From Octopus vulgaris (lineage: Eukaryota): DNA of 64,000 nt. Positions 11,241 through 23,684 of this stretch are shown here, one piece after another; position 1 is the first letter of the stretch, and the number at the start of each line of letters is the position of its first letter. Position numbers and translations under genes: made by a program. Under the pieces are notes generated by a model. It had not been told where the DNA came from and searched no databases. It saw only the letters and a program-made list of their open reading frames with translations. The DNA lies in assembly GCA_951406725.2 (NCBI GenBank), contig OX597819.1, positions 35,898,001 through 35,962,000 of the forward strand. Reading direction: 5' to 3'.

Positions 11241-12284
11241 GAACCTTTTTGGGACTGACTAGTGACTGGTGACAAGAAATGGGTTCTCTATAAAAATGTC
11301 AAGTGCTAAAGAGAGTTGGTAGGGAGAGGAGAAACACCAGTACCCCAGGCCAAAGAAGCTCTTCACCAACATAAGGTGTTGTTATCTGTTTGGTGGGGTA
11401 TGAAAGGTTTAGTCCACTTTGAACTTTTAAATCCAAACCAAACAATAACAAAAGAGATCTACTATGGGCAGCTTAAGTGGCTTAAGTCAGTGCCAGAAGA
11501 AAGACAACAATCTTTGGTTTCAAAACGAAAGGTGTTCTTCCATACAGCAAGGATGACATTCCAGAGGCTGGAGCAGTTTGAATGGGAAATGATGCCCCAC
11601 CCACCATATTTGCTGGACATTGCCCAATTTGATTATCATTTATTCTGCAGTCTTCAAAATCATTTGGACACAAAGAATATGAATTCTGCAGATGAGGTCA
11701 GAACAGTACTGGAGGAGTATTTTTTCATTACAGACAAGTGAGTTTTGGAAGAGGGGCCTTGCAAGATCATTGCAGAAAATGAAGGAGAGTATATTTTAGA
11801 TTAAAAAAAATCTTTGTTTATCTTAATTTTGAGAAGTAACAGAGGCTGTGTGGTAAGTAGCTTGCTTACGAACCATATGGTTCCGGGTTCAGTCCCACTG
11901 TGTGGCACCATGGGCAAGTGTCTTCTACTATAGCCTCGGGCTGACCAAAGCTTTGTGAGTGGATTTGGTAGACGGAAACTGAAAGAAGCCTGTCGTATAT
12001 ATGTATATATGTATGTGTGTGTGTATATGTTTGTGTGTCTGTTTGTCTCCCCAACATTGCTTAACAACTGATGATGGTGTGTATACGTCTCCGTAACTTA
12101 GTGGTTCGGCAAAAGAGACCGATAGAATAAGTACTAGGCTTACAAAGAATAAGTCCTGGAGTCGATTTGCTTGACTAAAGGCGGTGCTCCAGCATGGCCA
12201 CAGTCAAATGACTGAAACAAGTAAAAAGAGTAAAAAAGAGTAAAGAGTATAAAAAAACCATGTTATTTATGGGTTGACCCAATA
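11241..12284 (+). mobile_element. Mariner (DD34D-type) transposase pseudogene 3' part with 3' TIR, split by a SINE
   Basis: LVTGDKKWVLY...KVLLSVWWG...PHPPYLLDIAQFDYHLF; TIR TTATTTATGGGTTGACCCAA+TA at about 12263-12284. Confidence 0.88.
11843..12248 (+). mobile_element. SINE family A
   Basis: Matches 3183-3620; inserted in the mariner 3' region. Confidence 0.9.
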
Positions 12285-13182
12285 CAATGGTAAAACATGC
12301 CTACATGCAAAAACAAAGACAACACATACACACATATGTTTTACTAACACATTTTGTGAATTTGTTGTTGTTGCACTTGTTGATGTTACTGTTGCTGCTG
12401 CTGCTTGTTTTTTAATTACTGTTGCCCAACTGTGTTATTAGGAAGATAAAACTAGGAAATACATCCAGGGATACACTCTGCATGAAAACATTATAATAAA
12501 ATTGATGTGAATGTACATAAGGTAGTGAAGAGAAAGGATTATTAATTTAATGATTAATTATGGTCAAGAGAGACAGAAGAGACAACTCTGGTATCTAAAC
12601 TATACTTCTCTGAGGAGGTTGACTAAGATGGAAACACGTCCAGAGCTGTCAAAGAGGAGACCTACTCTCCTCTACATTGTCCACTTCCTGCTTTTAATTA
12701 ATTTCAATTAATTCAAAATTATGGCCTCCCCACCCACCCCATCTTACGCCATCCCTACCCCTCCTGTCTTATGTTAGTAACAAGCAATGTGCATTAGACT
12801 TCAAATGATAAATGCCAAACTTTGAAATTCACATTCAGTTTGTGTCCTTGGTGTTACAGAATAGCTATTAACATATTCTAAAGATGTCAAAACTTGTTAC
12901 ATAGAAACTTTTGACATGGCTTTAAAACATATGCCAATCTCTTTGCAGGTTATTACGTCTTATAGAAATATTACTCTATCTTTTGCTTTCTGGTTTCTTG
13001 AGAGTAAAACTGATTGGAGATAAGTATACTATAGAAATCAATAGTGACCATTGTGAGTGGACAGCTGTATATTATATCACTAATATGTCTTTTCTATAAC
13101 AACATGTAGTTTTAGCTTCTATTTTCTGTGTGGTTTTCTTCTGGCTACTTGCAAGACAAAAGTATGAGATCCCTGATGGGTC

Positions 13183-13411
13183 TTAACCCTTTAGTGTTTG
13201 CATTATTCTACCAAAATTAATGCTTTTTCATCCACTTTGTTTTGAACTAAGTATGCATTATCTTGTAGTTTTGAGATTTTGATGAGGTAGTTGTTAATTT
13301 TTAAAACGATATTGTAGGGCTGGTGTGAGAGACCAGATCTGGCCAGTTTGAACATAAAACAGGCAGAATACTTTTGGCCGGATATGGCCAGTTTAAATGC
13401 TAATGGGTTAA
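13183..13411. mobile_element. piggyBac-like MITE (family P2), intact
   Basis: TTAA-CCCTTTAG ... CTAATGGG-TTAA. Confidence 0.75.
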
Positions 13412-14499
13412 GAAAGGTGAATCTAGTTGGTTCAGTCCTTGGTTCAAGCTGCCAAAAGGCCCATAATTAAATTATGAGACATAATTTCTCAGAGAAATTA
13501 AATGTGTGTGTGTGTGAGCCATATTTGCTTAATAACAGAAAAGAAAATGGAGAGTTGAATGTTAATAGATATTTATTAATAAAATGATAGTTCATACATC
13601 CTACAGCTGTTTCAATTGTGCCTATTAAATAAATTACAAATTTATGGTTTAAATTTGCCTTTATAAGGTATAAAAACAATATCAGGGAAAAAAAAATATA
13701 CAATAAAAGATTACATGTTGACCGCTTAGTTCATACTGGCAGACTAAGTATATGGAATTATTTTATTTTTATTTATGTGTGTGTGTGAGGGATAATGGAT
13801 TAATTTGAATATTATAAGGTAGAATAAAATAAAGTAATATAAAAAGTAAATACAATAAAAAAAGGCATAAAATATCAAATAAACAAAATAAAAATAAAAA
13901 GTAAATGAATAAATAAAAGTAAAACAAAAATAAAATAAGAAAGAATGAAATAGACTCTATGTATTGATCTGTACCCATTGGTTGGAAAAATTTAAATGAG
14001 TTTACATATGGTTAAGCATGTCAGAAAATATCAAATCATAACAGTTTGACAATATACATTTGTGTGGAATTATATGGTAATAAAAGACTCACAGTAAAAA
14101 TCTCATGCACACACACACACGCACACACTCATACATGCTCTTATACACACACACATATATACATATATTTATATACATACCCATGTATACACACACATGC
14201 ATATACATTAATGTATACATAAATGCACATAGGTATGTACATAAAGCATACAATCATACACATATATACACATTATAACTTTCAATTCGGTAGTATTTAT
14301 TTATATTCAAGTGTGATTTAATTAATGCTTCTATGAAATACATTTACATAAAATGATAAGCATAGGTACTTACCATATGATCGGCACGATGAATATATAT
14401 TGTTTGTTTACATTCTGGATAGATAGAAATCTTGTGCATTATGTCATCATAAATGTAGTTTATTGAAAGAATTTGGGGATATTATCAATATATGGGAAT

Positions 14500-14877
14500 T
14501 TAGACGCTGCCCATCTGTCCAGCAAGATCCGTCTGGAGAGGAGAAGCCTGCCGCAAAGAGAGTTTGGTAAAAGATGGACAACAATAGTAAGAAAGATGAG
14601 AATGCACGACGCTATGCTTGCACGGTCGGTCGGAGCATAAAAGGAAGGAAAAATTACCAAAAAGGGATAACCAACCGGCGGGTTAACCCCCTAGCCCAGA
14701 TCCAAAACTCATCCGATCATCGTTCATATGTATATTTTTAACCCTCATACACAATATATGTAAATCCATCCGGTTTTTTACACTGTATGTAAGAAGCGAG
14801 AGTGTACCTTGAATGTCCCTTGTCTGTCCTTGTAATGTCCCCTCTATGTAAAACCTTTATAGGTTAATAAAGAAATA
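14500..14877 (+). mobile_element. Tx1/L1-like LINE 3' fragment
   Basis: 14512-14640 reads HLSSKIRLERRSLPQREFGKRW..., resembling Tx1 ORF2 ends; 3' UTR ends AATAAAGAAATA. Confidence 0.6.
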
Positions 14878-15439
14878 CTATATTATTTAATTAATAAGTA
14901 TTGTTAACTATAGCTTAATATTAATATTAATGTTAGATAATAGACCAAAAATATTATATATTGTAACATAAATGTTATGAATATTCAATTAGGTATAAAT
15001 AGATATGAATTTGTTATGTTATGTCATCTCAATTATGTTGATAGAAATAGTTACAATATCTAATCAATACTTGGTGATTAAGTTAATCTCAGTAAAATAA
15101 TTAATAATTATTAACTATTTTTTAGGATGTTGTTAGAAATTTAGTTGTTAATTTAAGGTAAAAAAGTTGAATATATTACATATCATAAGTGGTGTAATCA
15201 ATAGTGGTAATCTCAATAATTTTTGTAGATATAATTATGAGACATAATAGGTAATATGTCTTCTAAATGTTAGGGGATAGTATATTATATAGTTTAGTAT
15301 TACCCTATGTTATGAGTATAAAGTTTAATTATACTTAGAGAAAACTAAGTTACTATAATTTATTAGTTTCTTTTGCATATTCTTAGTTTATGCCTGTGTA
15401 TGCAAATATAGTATTGGTATATCCCATTTATGTTCATTA

Positions 15440-15490
15440 AGAATTAAATAAATAAAGAATTTTGACATGTACGAATATTTATTTCCCCCA

Positions 15491-15495
<5 letters not shown>
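15440..15495. mobile_element. Possible Tc1-type terminal repeat remnant
   Basis: Minus strand TA-CAGTGGGGGAAATAAATATT resembles Tc1-family termini. Confidence 0.35.
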
Positions 15496-15535
<40 letters not shown>

Positions 15536-15821
15536 AATAAACACCAGTATGTGTTTTTGTGTGCTGCTATTAGTTTCATGTTCTGAAAGCAAACGAGCAA
15601 ACCAGCCAGTATTTTTTAACATGTCTGGTGTCTTAGCTGAATCATCAGACACTGCCCATATGGCATAACAAACTAAAATTGGGACAACAGAATGAGAGAA
15701 GAAACAAAGAAAGGCAAGAAAGAAGTAATTATAAAAGCTGTAAGGTTATAAAACTGGAAAATGCACCAGATGGAGTACTAGAGTACTATTTTGTTGACCT
15801 TGCCATCACAGAAAAGTACAT

Positions 15822-15895
<74 letters not shown>

Positions 15896-16299
15896 AATAA
15901 GGATAATATCGATATTTAAATATCGATATTATCAAGTGGCCAGCATGGGAATAAATACCATACAAAGATAATAATTTTTCACAACTATAAATAAGGGTAT
16001 CTGAGAGACACCACCATGCTGAAATAGCAGTCAAACCCTGACTCTAAAATCCACCTAAAATGTTCATATTGCACCACGAGATAAGACAGAGAGACAAAAT
16101 AAACTAGCAAAAATATATTACTGGATAATTCAAGATCCTGGATTTCTAGCTTTGCTTCAAATAAGCTCTGCTTTCAGATGTTCTACCATAATCCCAAAGT
16201 AATCCTTTGAATTTCTCCATCCATTTCAGAAGCATTGTTCTTATGAGCAAGAATTGTATATTAATCACATCATAAGAATTTAGAAGCTTTGAGAGATGA

Positions 16300-16482
16300 A
16301 ATAAATGCTTAGTGGCATTTAATTCATCTTTACATTCTGAGTTCGAATGTTGCCAAGGTTGACCTTGTCTTTCATCCTTTTGGTGTTGATAAAGTAAATA
16401 CCAGTTGAGTACTGGGGTCTATGTAACTGACTTTTTATCCTCCCCACCAAACTTGCTGGCCTTGTTCCAAAATTTGAAACCA
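16300..16482 (+). mobile_element. Degenerate SINE family B (alternative tail)
   Basis: GAGTTCGAAT...TTTCATCCTTT...GGCCTTGTTCCAAAATTTGAAA. Confidence 0.65.
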
Positions 16483-16547
16483 ATATTTACTTTGGAAATA
16501 TTTAATCAGCCATGGTATTTTGGAGTAATAACCTCATTTCAATATCT

Positions 16548-16760
16548 TTAACCCTTTAGTGTTTGGATTATTCTGTCAAAAGTAATGCTTATTTATTCAC
16601 GTTGTTTTGAATTAATCATACGTTATCTTTTAGCTTTGTGATTTTGACAAAGCAACTGTTAATTTTTAGAATGATATTGTAGGATTGGTGTGAGAGGTAC
16701 GATCTGATCAGTTGGAGCATAAAACAGATAGAATATTTTGGCCAGATATGGCCGGTTCAA
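16548..16760. mobile_element. piggyBac-like MITE (family P2), right end lost
   Basis: TTAACCCTTTAGTGTTTG start and collinear similarity to 13183-13411. Confidence 0.7.
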
Positions 16761-17123
16761 GAACATACATTTTACAAATAAAGAAAAAGAAAGAGAGTAG
16801 GAGAAATAACAGTGTGTGTGTTCTACCACAGGATATCACAATTAAATGGTGATATGCCTATTCTTATTTCTCACATGATGCTTATATTCAGACTTAGTGA
16901 AGCTGCTGACTCAGTCTCTGATAAGAACTGATAGTGAAAGTAGATTACCTATTGGAGGTGTCGACTGTACAACATTTCTTACGGTTCCTGATCTATTCAT
17001 TGCTTCTCTCCTCACCCCAGGCCCTGCACTGATCTCAGTAACCTGTCCTTCCTTCTCCAGAATGTCATCCTTCTGAAATTCCTTCTCTACTCATGTCTTT
17101 CCAATAGATGTTGACTTATAAAG

Positions 17124-17555
17124 GGTTCAAATTTAGGCACAAGGCCAGTAATTTTGGGGGAGGGGATAAGTCAATTACATCGACCCAAGTGTTCAACTGG
17201 TACTTATTCTATTGACTCTGAGAGGATGAAAGGCAAGCTCATCTCTGAGGGGATTTGAATTTAGAACATAACGACAAATATTTTGTCCAGCACGTTAAAG
17301 ATTCTGCCATCTCACGATCTTGAGGGTTCAAAAGAAAATTTTTTTCTATTCTAGGCACAAGGCCCGAAATTTTGGGGGAGCGGGGCAGTCAATTAGATCA
17401 GCCCCTAATACGCAACTGGTATTTAATTTATTGACCCCGAAAGGATGAACGGCAAAGTCAAACTCGGCAGAATTTGAACTCAAAACATAAAGACAGATGA
17501 AATACCGCTCAGCATTTCGCCTGGTGTGCCAACATTTCGGCCAACTCACTGCCTT
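17124..17555 (-). mobile_element. Two tandem SINE family B copies (17124-17320 old, 17342-17555 younger), alternative tail
   Basis: Reverse complement of family B body with GGCCTTGTGCCTA tail. Confidence 0.8.
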
Positions 17556-17654
17556 AAGAGAAATACTAATAGCATTATTGTCATCTGTCTAGGATGGACT
17601 ACAAATGCCATGGTCACTTCCCCTTCCTCCACACCAGGCAAGTAAAATAAAGCC

Positions 17655-17655
<1 letters not shown>

Positions 17656-17720
<65 letters not shown>

Positions 17721-18125
17721 CAGCAGCAGCAGCAGCAGTTGTTGTAGTGAAAGTAGCAGGAAGAGGAATATACTCATATGATATCCAGTCCTGTTAGTTG
17801 ACTTGCACACAGCAATACATGTTAAATAAATACTTATTAGTTACTCAATGCTGCTGTTATGTAATTAATTACTATATGATTAACAGGTATAATTAACTCT
17901 ATAATTAGTGAGTGGTTATATACACAAAAATTACTATTTATAGCTTGATGGACTGAATTGTTTCTGAATTATCTTGTCCTTGGGCCAAATATTTGCATAC
18001 AAACCTTTTATGTCACCATCATCATCATCATTGTTGTCATCATCGTCATCGTCATCGTCATCACCATCATCATCATCATCACCATCACCACCACCACCAC
18101 CACCACCACCACCACCATCATCACT

Positions 18126-18175
<50 letters not shown>

Positions 18176-18268
18176 AATTATAATCATCATCACCACCACC
18201 ACCACCACCTCCATCATCATCACCATCATCATCATCATCATCATCATCATTATAATCATCATCATTAT
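17656..18268. repeat. Trinucleotide microsatellites (TAG)n/(CAG)n at 17656-17738 and (CAT/CAC)n at 18015-18268
   Basis: Direct reading; the (CAT)n block is the expanded tail of a family C remnant at 18269-18360. Confidence 0.95.
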
Positions 18269-18532
18269 TTTAACATCCGCTTTTGCATACTTGCATGGGT
18301 CAACCGGAATTTGTCCAGGCTGATTTTCTGTGACTAGATTCTCTTCTTGTCATCTGTTTCTAGGCTAGGATATATTTTCTTTTTTTTTTGAGTCCTTTGA
18401 ACATGAGCAGCACAATGGCCAGATATGTTTCCATAGAAGATTATAAATGAACACTGTCACTTTGTTTGTTGGAGCAACTGGATTCATGCTACTTCCCCTC
18501 AGATACTCCTGTCCCATTCCTATTCCACTCAA

Positions 18533-19010
18533 TCAATTCAATTCAATTCAATTTTTATTGGCTCAAAAAGCAAAAACAAGGCCATATAGGGGGACAGGGA
18601 GGATGGTCATCATACAAAGAGTTCAGGCCATTTCTGGTCAAGAGAGACTTTGAACCGAGCGGTCGTCAGCATCTTCACTATCTCGTCCAGCAGCTTATTC
18701 CATGGATCCGCAACCCGGATGGAGAAAGCCCCTCTCCTTCGATTGAGAGGAAATCGTCGTAGATAGAGCTTTTCGGAGTGACCCCGCAGCCCATGCTCTG
18801 GAGCAGGAATGAAAAACAGCTCTTTCGAGAGGTTACACTTTCCGCTTATGATGTTGTGAGCGAGAATGAAATCACCACGGCAGCGTCGTTTTTCGAGAGA
18901 ATAAAGGTCGAGCGTCTTCAGCCTTTCTTCATAAGACAAATACTTGTGACCAAGAACCATTCAGGTAGCCAGTTTCTGAACTCTTTCAAGATTATGTATG
19001 TCTTTGAGGA
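18533..19010 (-). mobile_element. 5'-truncated CR1-clade LINE, second copy
   Basis: ORF 18610-18960 nearly identical to 494-940; (CAATT)n tail on plus strand. Confidence 0.9.
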
Positions 19011-19849
19011 TGTCTTTGAGGATGATGTATGTCTTGATGTATGTCATCTCTCCCCTTCCCATTACATTTGTTTGTGTCCATTCTACTTAGGCACCTCACT
19101 ATTCATTACCCTGAATCATTCTTGCCTAGAATCTCGACTCTGAAATTTCTACTTCATTTAAAAATACAGGCAATAATTTTGATGTACTTAGAAAGTAAAT
19201 TGATTTGAGACTACAGAATTGAAAACAAAGCAGCTACACAATTTTAACCATCTAAACACAAAAATCTACAATGTTCATTTTATACTGACAAATAAAGAAA
19301 TCTAAGCATTAATACATAACCAATAGAAAGTCAAAAGATTCAAAATAGTCAGACAAAACACTTAGATTTCTGACCTTACAAAATCTGTGTTTATGAATCC
19401 TTTGAGGCAATGTGCTCCTGCATGGCCACAGTCCAATGACTGAAACAAGATGTCTTGGAAACAACTTGTACATGCAAGTGCTACCAGTCAAAAACTCCGT
19501 ATACCAGAAGCCAGCAAGTGTATGGGGTCATCAGGAGAGAATGTGCGCCATTTCGGGGCCTACCTCTCGATGGCATGAATGCGCACCAGCCCCCCTCACT
19601 GATATGAAGCCCCGCTTGCTAGATCAGCTGGTTATCAAAATGAGCTCATTATCCTTCTAGCCATCGCTCATTGTCTCTTTTTAACCAAATCCAGGGGCTA
19701 GCCTTCTCCACTGTAGATTGGATATCGGTCATGATGGTATTGACTTTATGATGAGTTAGGCCTAGCGATAACAACATCAAAATAATAATACAGAAATGTT
19801 AATTAGGTACTTTTAGTCTCTTTATGATTTTTAGGACACTCTATAGTTG

Positions 19850-20033
19850 TTGAGTAACTCCTGTCAGATCTTATTTTCGCTCTGTATATTCTGAGTTCAA
19901 ATCCTGCCAAAATCAACTTTGCCTTTCATTCTTTTGAGGTTGATAAAAGAAAGTACAGTCAAGTACTGTGGTTGATGTAATCAACTAACCCATGTCCTTC
20001 TGAAAATAACTAGTCTTGTGCTAAAATTTCAAA
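19850..20033 (+). mobile_element. Degenerate SINE family B
   Basis: TTCTGAGTTCAAATCCTGCC...CTTTGCCTTTCAT. Confidence 0.6.
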
Positions 20034-21036
20034 TAATTATTTAATCTTGCAATAACTTTTATGAAAGTTGATTGAAAAGACTTCGAGATTCTGTATTGTT
20101 TAAATAAGGTTCATCGACCATTACTTTATCTGTATATGTTTTGTTGATATTTCAATGCCCTGTTAAGTGTTCAGACCTCATCATTGATAAGATAGTTGAT
20201 AATAATCTTAAATAACGTTAACTTTATTGCATAATATATGATAGAAATATTATATGTACTACGACAGTACAACTTGGCTAAGTTGACAGAGAGTTAGAGT
20301 GTTGGCTAATTGAACAAAGAATCAAAGATATACTGGCACCAAGCTCTAAGCAAATGCTCCGAATAAAGATTTAACCAGTAAGCAAAGATACAACTGTTGT
20401 TGTTGCTGTTAGGTTCTGATTAAACAGACCTAGGATCTGAAGTATCCAAGCATGACCATCCAGTCTATTTTTAAGACAAATGCTATTTGAAGGAAATTTA
20501 GCTATTATTTCTAGTAAATCATTAGCCCTCATTCATAGAGGCATCTTCATTTACTTGGTGAAGCACTATTGCTGTTTACCTCCAGGGCAGCTCTGACGGA
20601 GCAGATTTATATCTAAAGTTTTGCCCAAGGTATCCTTTATTTCAGACAATGGAGTGTGTTCTGAGGTAGATTTGATTGTTATTTCTAACTGAGCAAGATA
20701 CTTTTCATTGACTTGTCCATTTTACTATAGATATTATGACTTCGAGAAGCACTTTACAATACCAATTACACAATAATTAGTAAAAGTCAAACAATTAACT
20801 TTGCTTGTCATGAAGTTTATATCTGAGGTTCCGGAAAGTCTATGACGTTCTACATTCTCTTCTCTCAATCCATTTTTCATTTATATCTGAGCTTAATAAA
20901 TTTCATACAGAAATAGACTGTAAATTAAGAAGTGACTCCTGAATATACAGTCAACACATCCAGTTTTTTTTTTTTTAATCAGCTAAACCACATTGTACAT
21001 AGGACATGTGAGGTCTGATCAAAAAGTACTGGAAAT

Positions 21037-21410
21037 GTTGCTGGCACGTTAAGCACACCAACCGAGTGTGATCATTACCATGTTGCCTTACTAGCACTTG
21101 TGCTGGTGGCACGTAAAACATTCGAGTGAGGTTGTCGCCAGTGCCGCTGGACTGGCTTTTTACGTGCAGGTGGCACGTAAAAAGCACCATTTGGACGTGG
21201 CCGTTGCCAGTACCACCAAACTGGCCCTCGTACCGGTGGCACGTAAAAGCACCCACTACACTCTCAGAGTGGTTGGCGTTAGGAAGGGCATCCAGCTGTA
21301 GAAACTCTGCCAGATCAGATTGGAGTCTGGTTCACCAGACCTCAGTCAAATTGTCCAACCCATGCTAGCATGGATAGCGGACGTTAAGTGATTATGATGA
21401 TGATGATGAT
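21037..21410 (+). mobile_element. RTE LINE 3' end (family C)
   Basis: GGTGGCACGTAAAA repeats, conserved 3' end, (GAT)n tail. Confidence 0.85.
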
Positions 21411-21592
21411 ATCAATTCAGCATTTAATCTCCTTCAAAGTAACCTCCTTTTGAAGCCACTCATGTTATCCAATGTCGTTTCCATTGATGGAAGCATTCCT
21501 GGAACAAATGTGTTGTATGGGATGGGTGGTAATGGTATGTAGCCAGCTGGTTCACAGGAACAGAGAATAATGTGATAGTAGTAGTAGTATAA

Positions 21593-21853
21593 GTGGAGGC
21601 GCATGGCTTAGTGGTTAGGGTCTCAGCACCATGATCATATGATTGTGGTTTCGATTCCTGGACCAGGCGATGCATTGTGTTCTTGAGCAAAACACTTCAT
21701 TTCACGTTGCTCCAGTCCACTCAGCTGGCAAAAATGAGCAATGCTGTGATGGACTGGCGTCCTGTCCAGCTGGGGAACACATACACCATAAAAACTGGGA
21801 AACCGGGCTCATGAGCCTCACTAGGCTTTAAAAGGGCACATTTATTTATTATT
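21593..21853 (+). mobile_element. tRNA-derived SINE, head H1 + tail T1
   Basis: TGGCTTAGTGG / GGTTTCGATTCC boxes, CORE-like CTTGAGCAAAACACTT, tail GATGGACTGGCGTCCTGTCCAG. Confidence 0.8.
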
Positions 21854-21980
21854 ATTAGTAGTAGCAGAAGAGACATACAGAGAGGAAACAGCACATCTGT
21901 AAACCAACAGTCATGTTAGTGACTTGGTGAGTGAATTTTTGCCAGTTAGTTGAGTTTACAATGGATATGTTCTAGGAAGT

Positions 21981-22371
21981 GTGGAGGCACAATGGCCCAG
22001 TGGTTAGGGCAGCGGACTCGCGGTCATAGGATCGCGGTTTCGATTCCCAGACCAGGCGTTGTGAGTGTTTATTGAGCGAAAATACCTAAAGCTCCACGAG
22101 GCTCCGGCAGGGGATGGTGGTGATCCCTGCTGTACTCTTTCACCACAACTTTCTCTCACTCTTACTTCCTGTTTCTGTTGTACCTGTATTTCAAGGGGCC
22201 AGCCTTTGTCACTCTCTGTGTCACGCTGAATATCCCCGAGAACTACGTTAAGGGTGCACGTGTCTGTGGAGTGCTCAGCCACTTACACATTAATTTCACA
22301 AGCAGGCTGTTCCGTTAATTCGGATCAACCGGAACCCTCGTCATCGTAACGACGGAGTGCTTCCATTCCCA
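21981..22371 (+). mobile_element. tRNA-derived SINE, head H2 + tail T2
   Basis: A/B boxes; 11-bp TSD TTCTAGGAAGT at 21970-21980 and 22372-22382. Confidence 0.9.
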
Positions 22372-22924
22372 TTCTAGGAAGTATAAAGCAGCAGCACCAT
22401 CCCTTATATGGGAACAATACTCCAAAATGAGTTTTATTTGACCATTTTTTCATGCTTGTAACTGACCATGACTGATGTATTTACATATATCCTGGCCCTA
22501 AAGAAGAAATAGTTTTTGTAATGTCATATATAAGTAGGGATCACCGTAATATTGATTTATTCAGAGAGCTATTCAATATCTAGAATATGTTTTTAGTCAG
22601 TTTTATCTCTTTATTTACAGTTTTAAAAGTGATAACAACTAACTGAGTTACATGTCAAATCAATTGACTGAATTACACACCAAATTCTTTTCTTTTTTAT
22701 ACTAGTTTCAGTCATTGATCTCTGACTATGCAGGTAGTTCACCTTCAAACTCTTTTTGTTGATTAAATCAACTTCATTACATTGTTTGGTGTTAAGATTA
22801 TCAGCCATGTAGGGAAAAGTGGATAGGCAGAAAACCATTTTTGGAACAACATAATGTAACCACAACAAAGCAGAAGAGTACGAAGTGTTTTTGTTCAGTA
22901 CACTGATTTTCCAATACCATGCCA

Positions 22925-23006
22925 ACACACACACATGCACACACGGGGACACACACACACACACACGGACACACACACACATACACACACACACACACAC
23001 ATGCGT

Positions 23007-23097
<91 letters not shown>

Positions 23098-23100
23098 CAC
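22925..23100. repeat. (CA)n microsatellite
   Basis: Direct reading. Confidence 0.95.
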
Positions 23101-23367
23101 ATGCACATGGACAAACAGAGAGTGAGAAAAAGAGGAGTCAGTCGAGATTCTATCAGCTAAGGGGACACATTATGAAACTTGTTTTCATGTAAACGTAAAA
23201 TCTTTAAAACATACAAACATTTCAAGTTTGTATCCTACCCTTATTACAATCCCTTGTATTTTGTCTTAACCCTCTCAGAGCTGAGCCCCTGTGTCTAACT
23301 TTACCTTCCACCTGGGCCCCTGAGCGGAAAAAAAAATTGCTGCATTTACAGCTCAAGAGTAACGATT

Positions 23368-23684
23368 TGTTGTTGTTGTTGTTTGTTCCTTCTCGAGCCA
23401 TGCCTTACTCATAAGGGCCGGTTTCCTGGTTTCTTGGCATATAGGTTCCCCACCTGGATGGGACGCCGGTCTGTCACAGGTGAGCTGCAAGATGCAGGAG
23501 GAAAGAGTGAGAGAAAGTTGTGGCGAAAGAGTCAGCAGAAGTTTCGCCATTACCTTCTGCCGAGCCACGTGGAGCTTAGGTGTTTCGCTCATAAACACAC
23601 ACACATTGCCCGGTCTGAGATTCGAACCCACGATCCCTCGACCGTGAGTCCACTGCTCTAACCACTAGGCCATGTGCCTCCACA
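23368..23684 (-). mobile_element. tRNA-derived SINE, head H2 + tail T1
   Basis: A/B boxes, (CAA)n tail; 14-bp TSD CAAGAGTAA(C/T)GATT at 23354-23367 and 23685-23698. Confidence 0.9.

Larger units (their letters stand above)
9875..20880 (-). other. Candidate spliced minus-strand ORF (putative exons 20880-20763, 15672-15545, 14414-14374, 9926-9875; 112 aa, no recognised homology)
   Basis: Phase-compatible GT/AG junctions, strong polypyrimidine tract before 15672, ATG|GTAAGT donor at 14373; assembled by eye and may be chance or non-coding. Confidence 0.25.

Noticed and set aside
11316-11741. SETMAR-like host gene
   Set aside because: No SET domain, catalytic motifs eroded or deleted, upstream stops; mariner remnant
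17958-18337. ORFs encoding poly-His/Ile/Ser/Met, and similar CV, HT, YI, YVCM and IYLS repeat ORFs across the window
   Set aside because: Translations of microsatellites lacking stop codons; no splice or homology support
21981-22060. tRNA gene-like sequences (also 21593, 23610-23684, 63151 and SINE A/B heads)
   Set aside because: They continue into SINE bodies with tails and TSDs, and I could not fold complete cloverleaves; these are SINE heads
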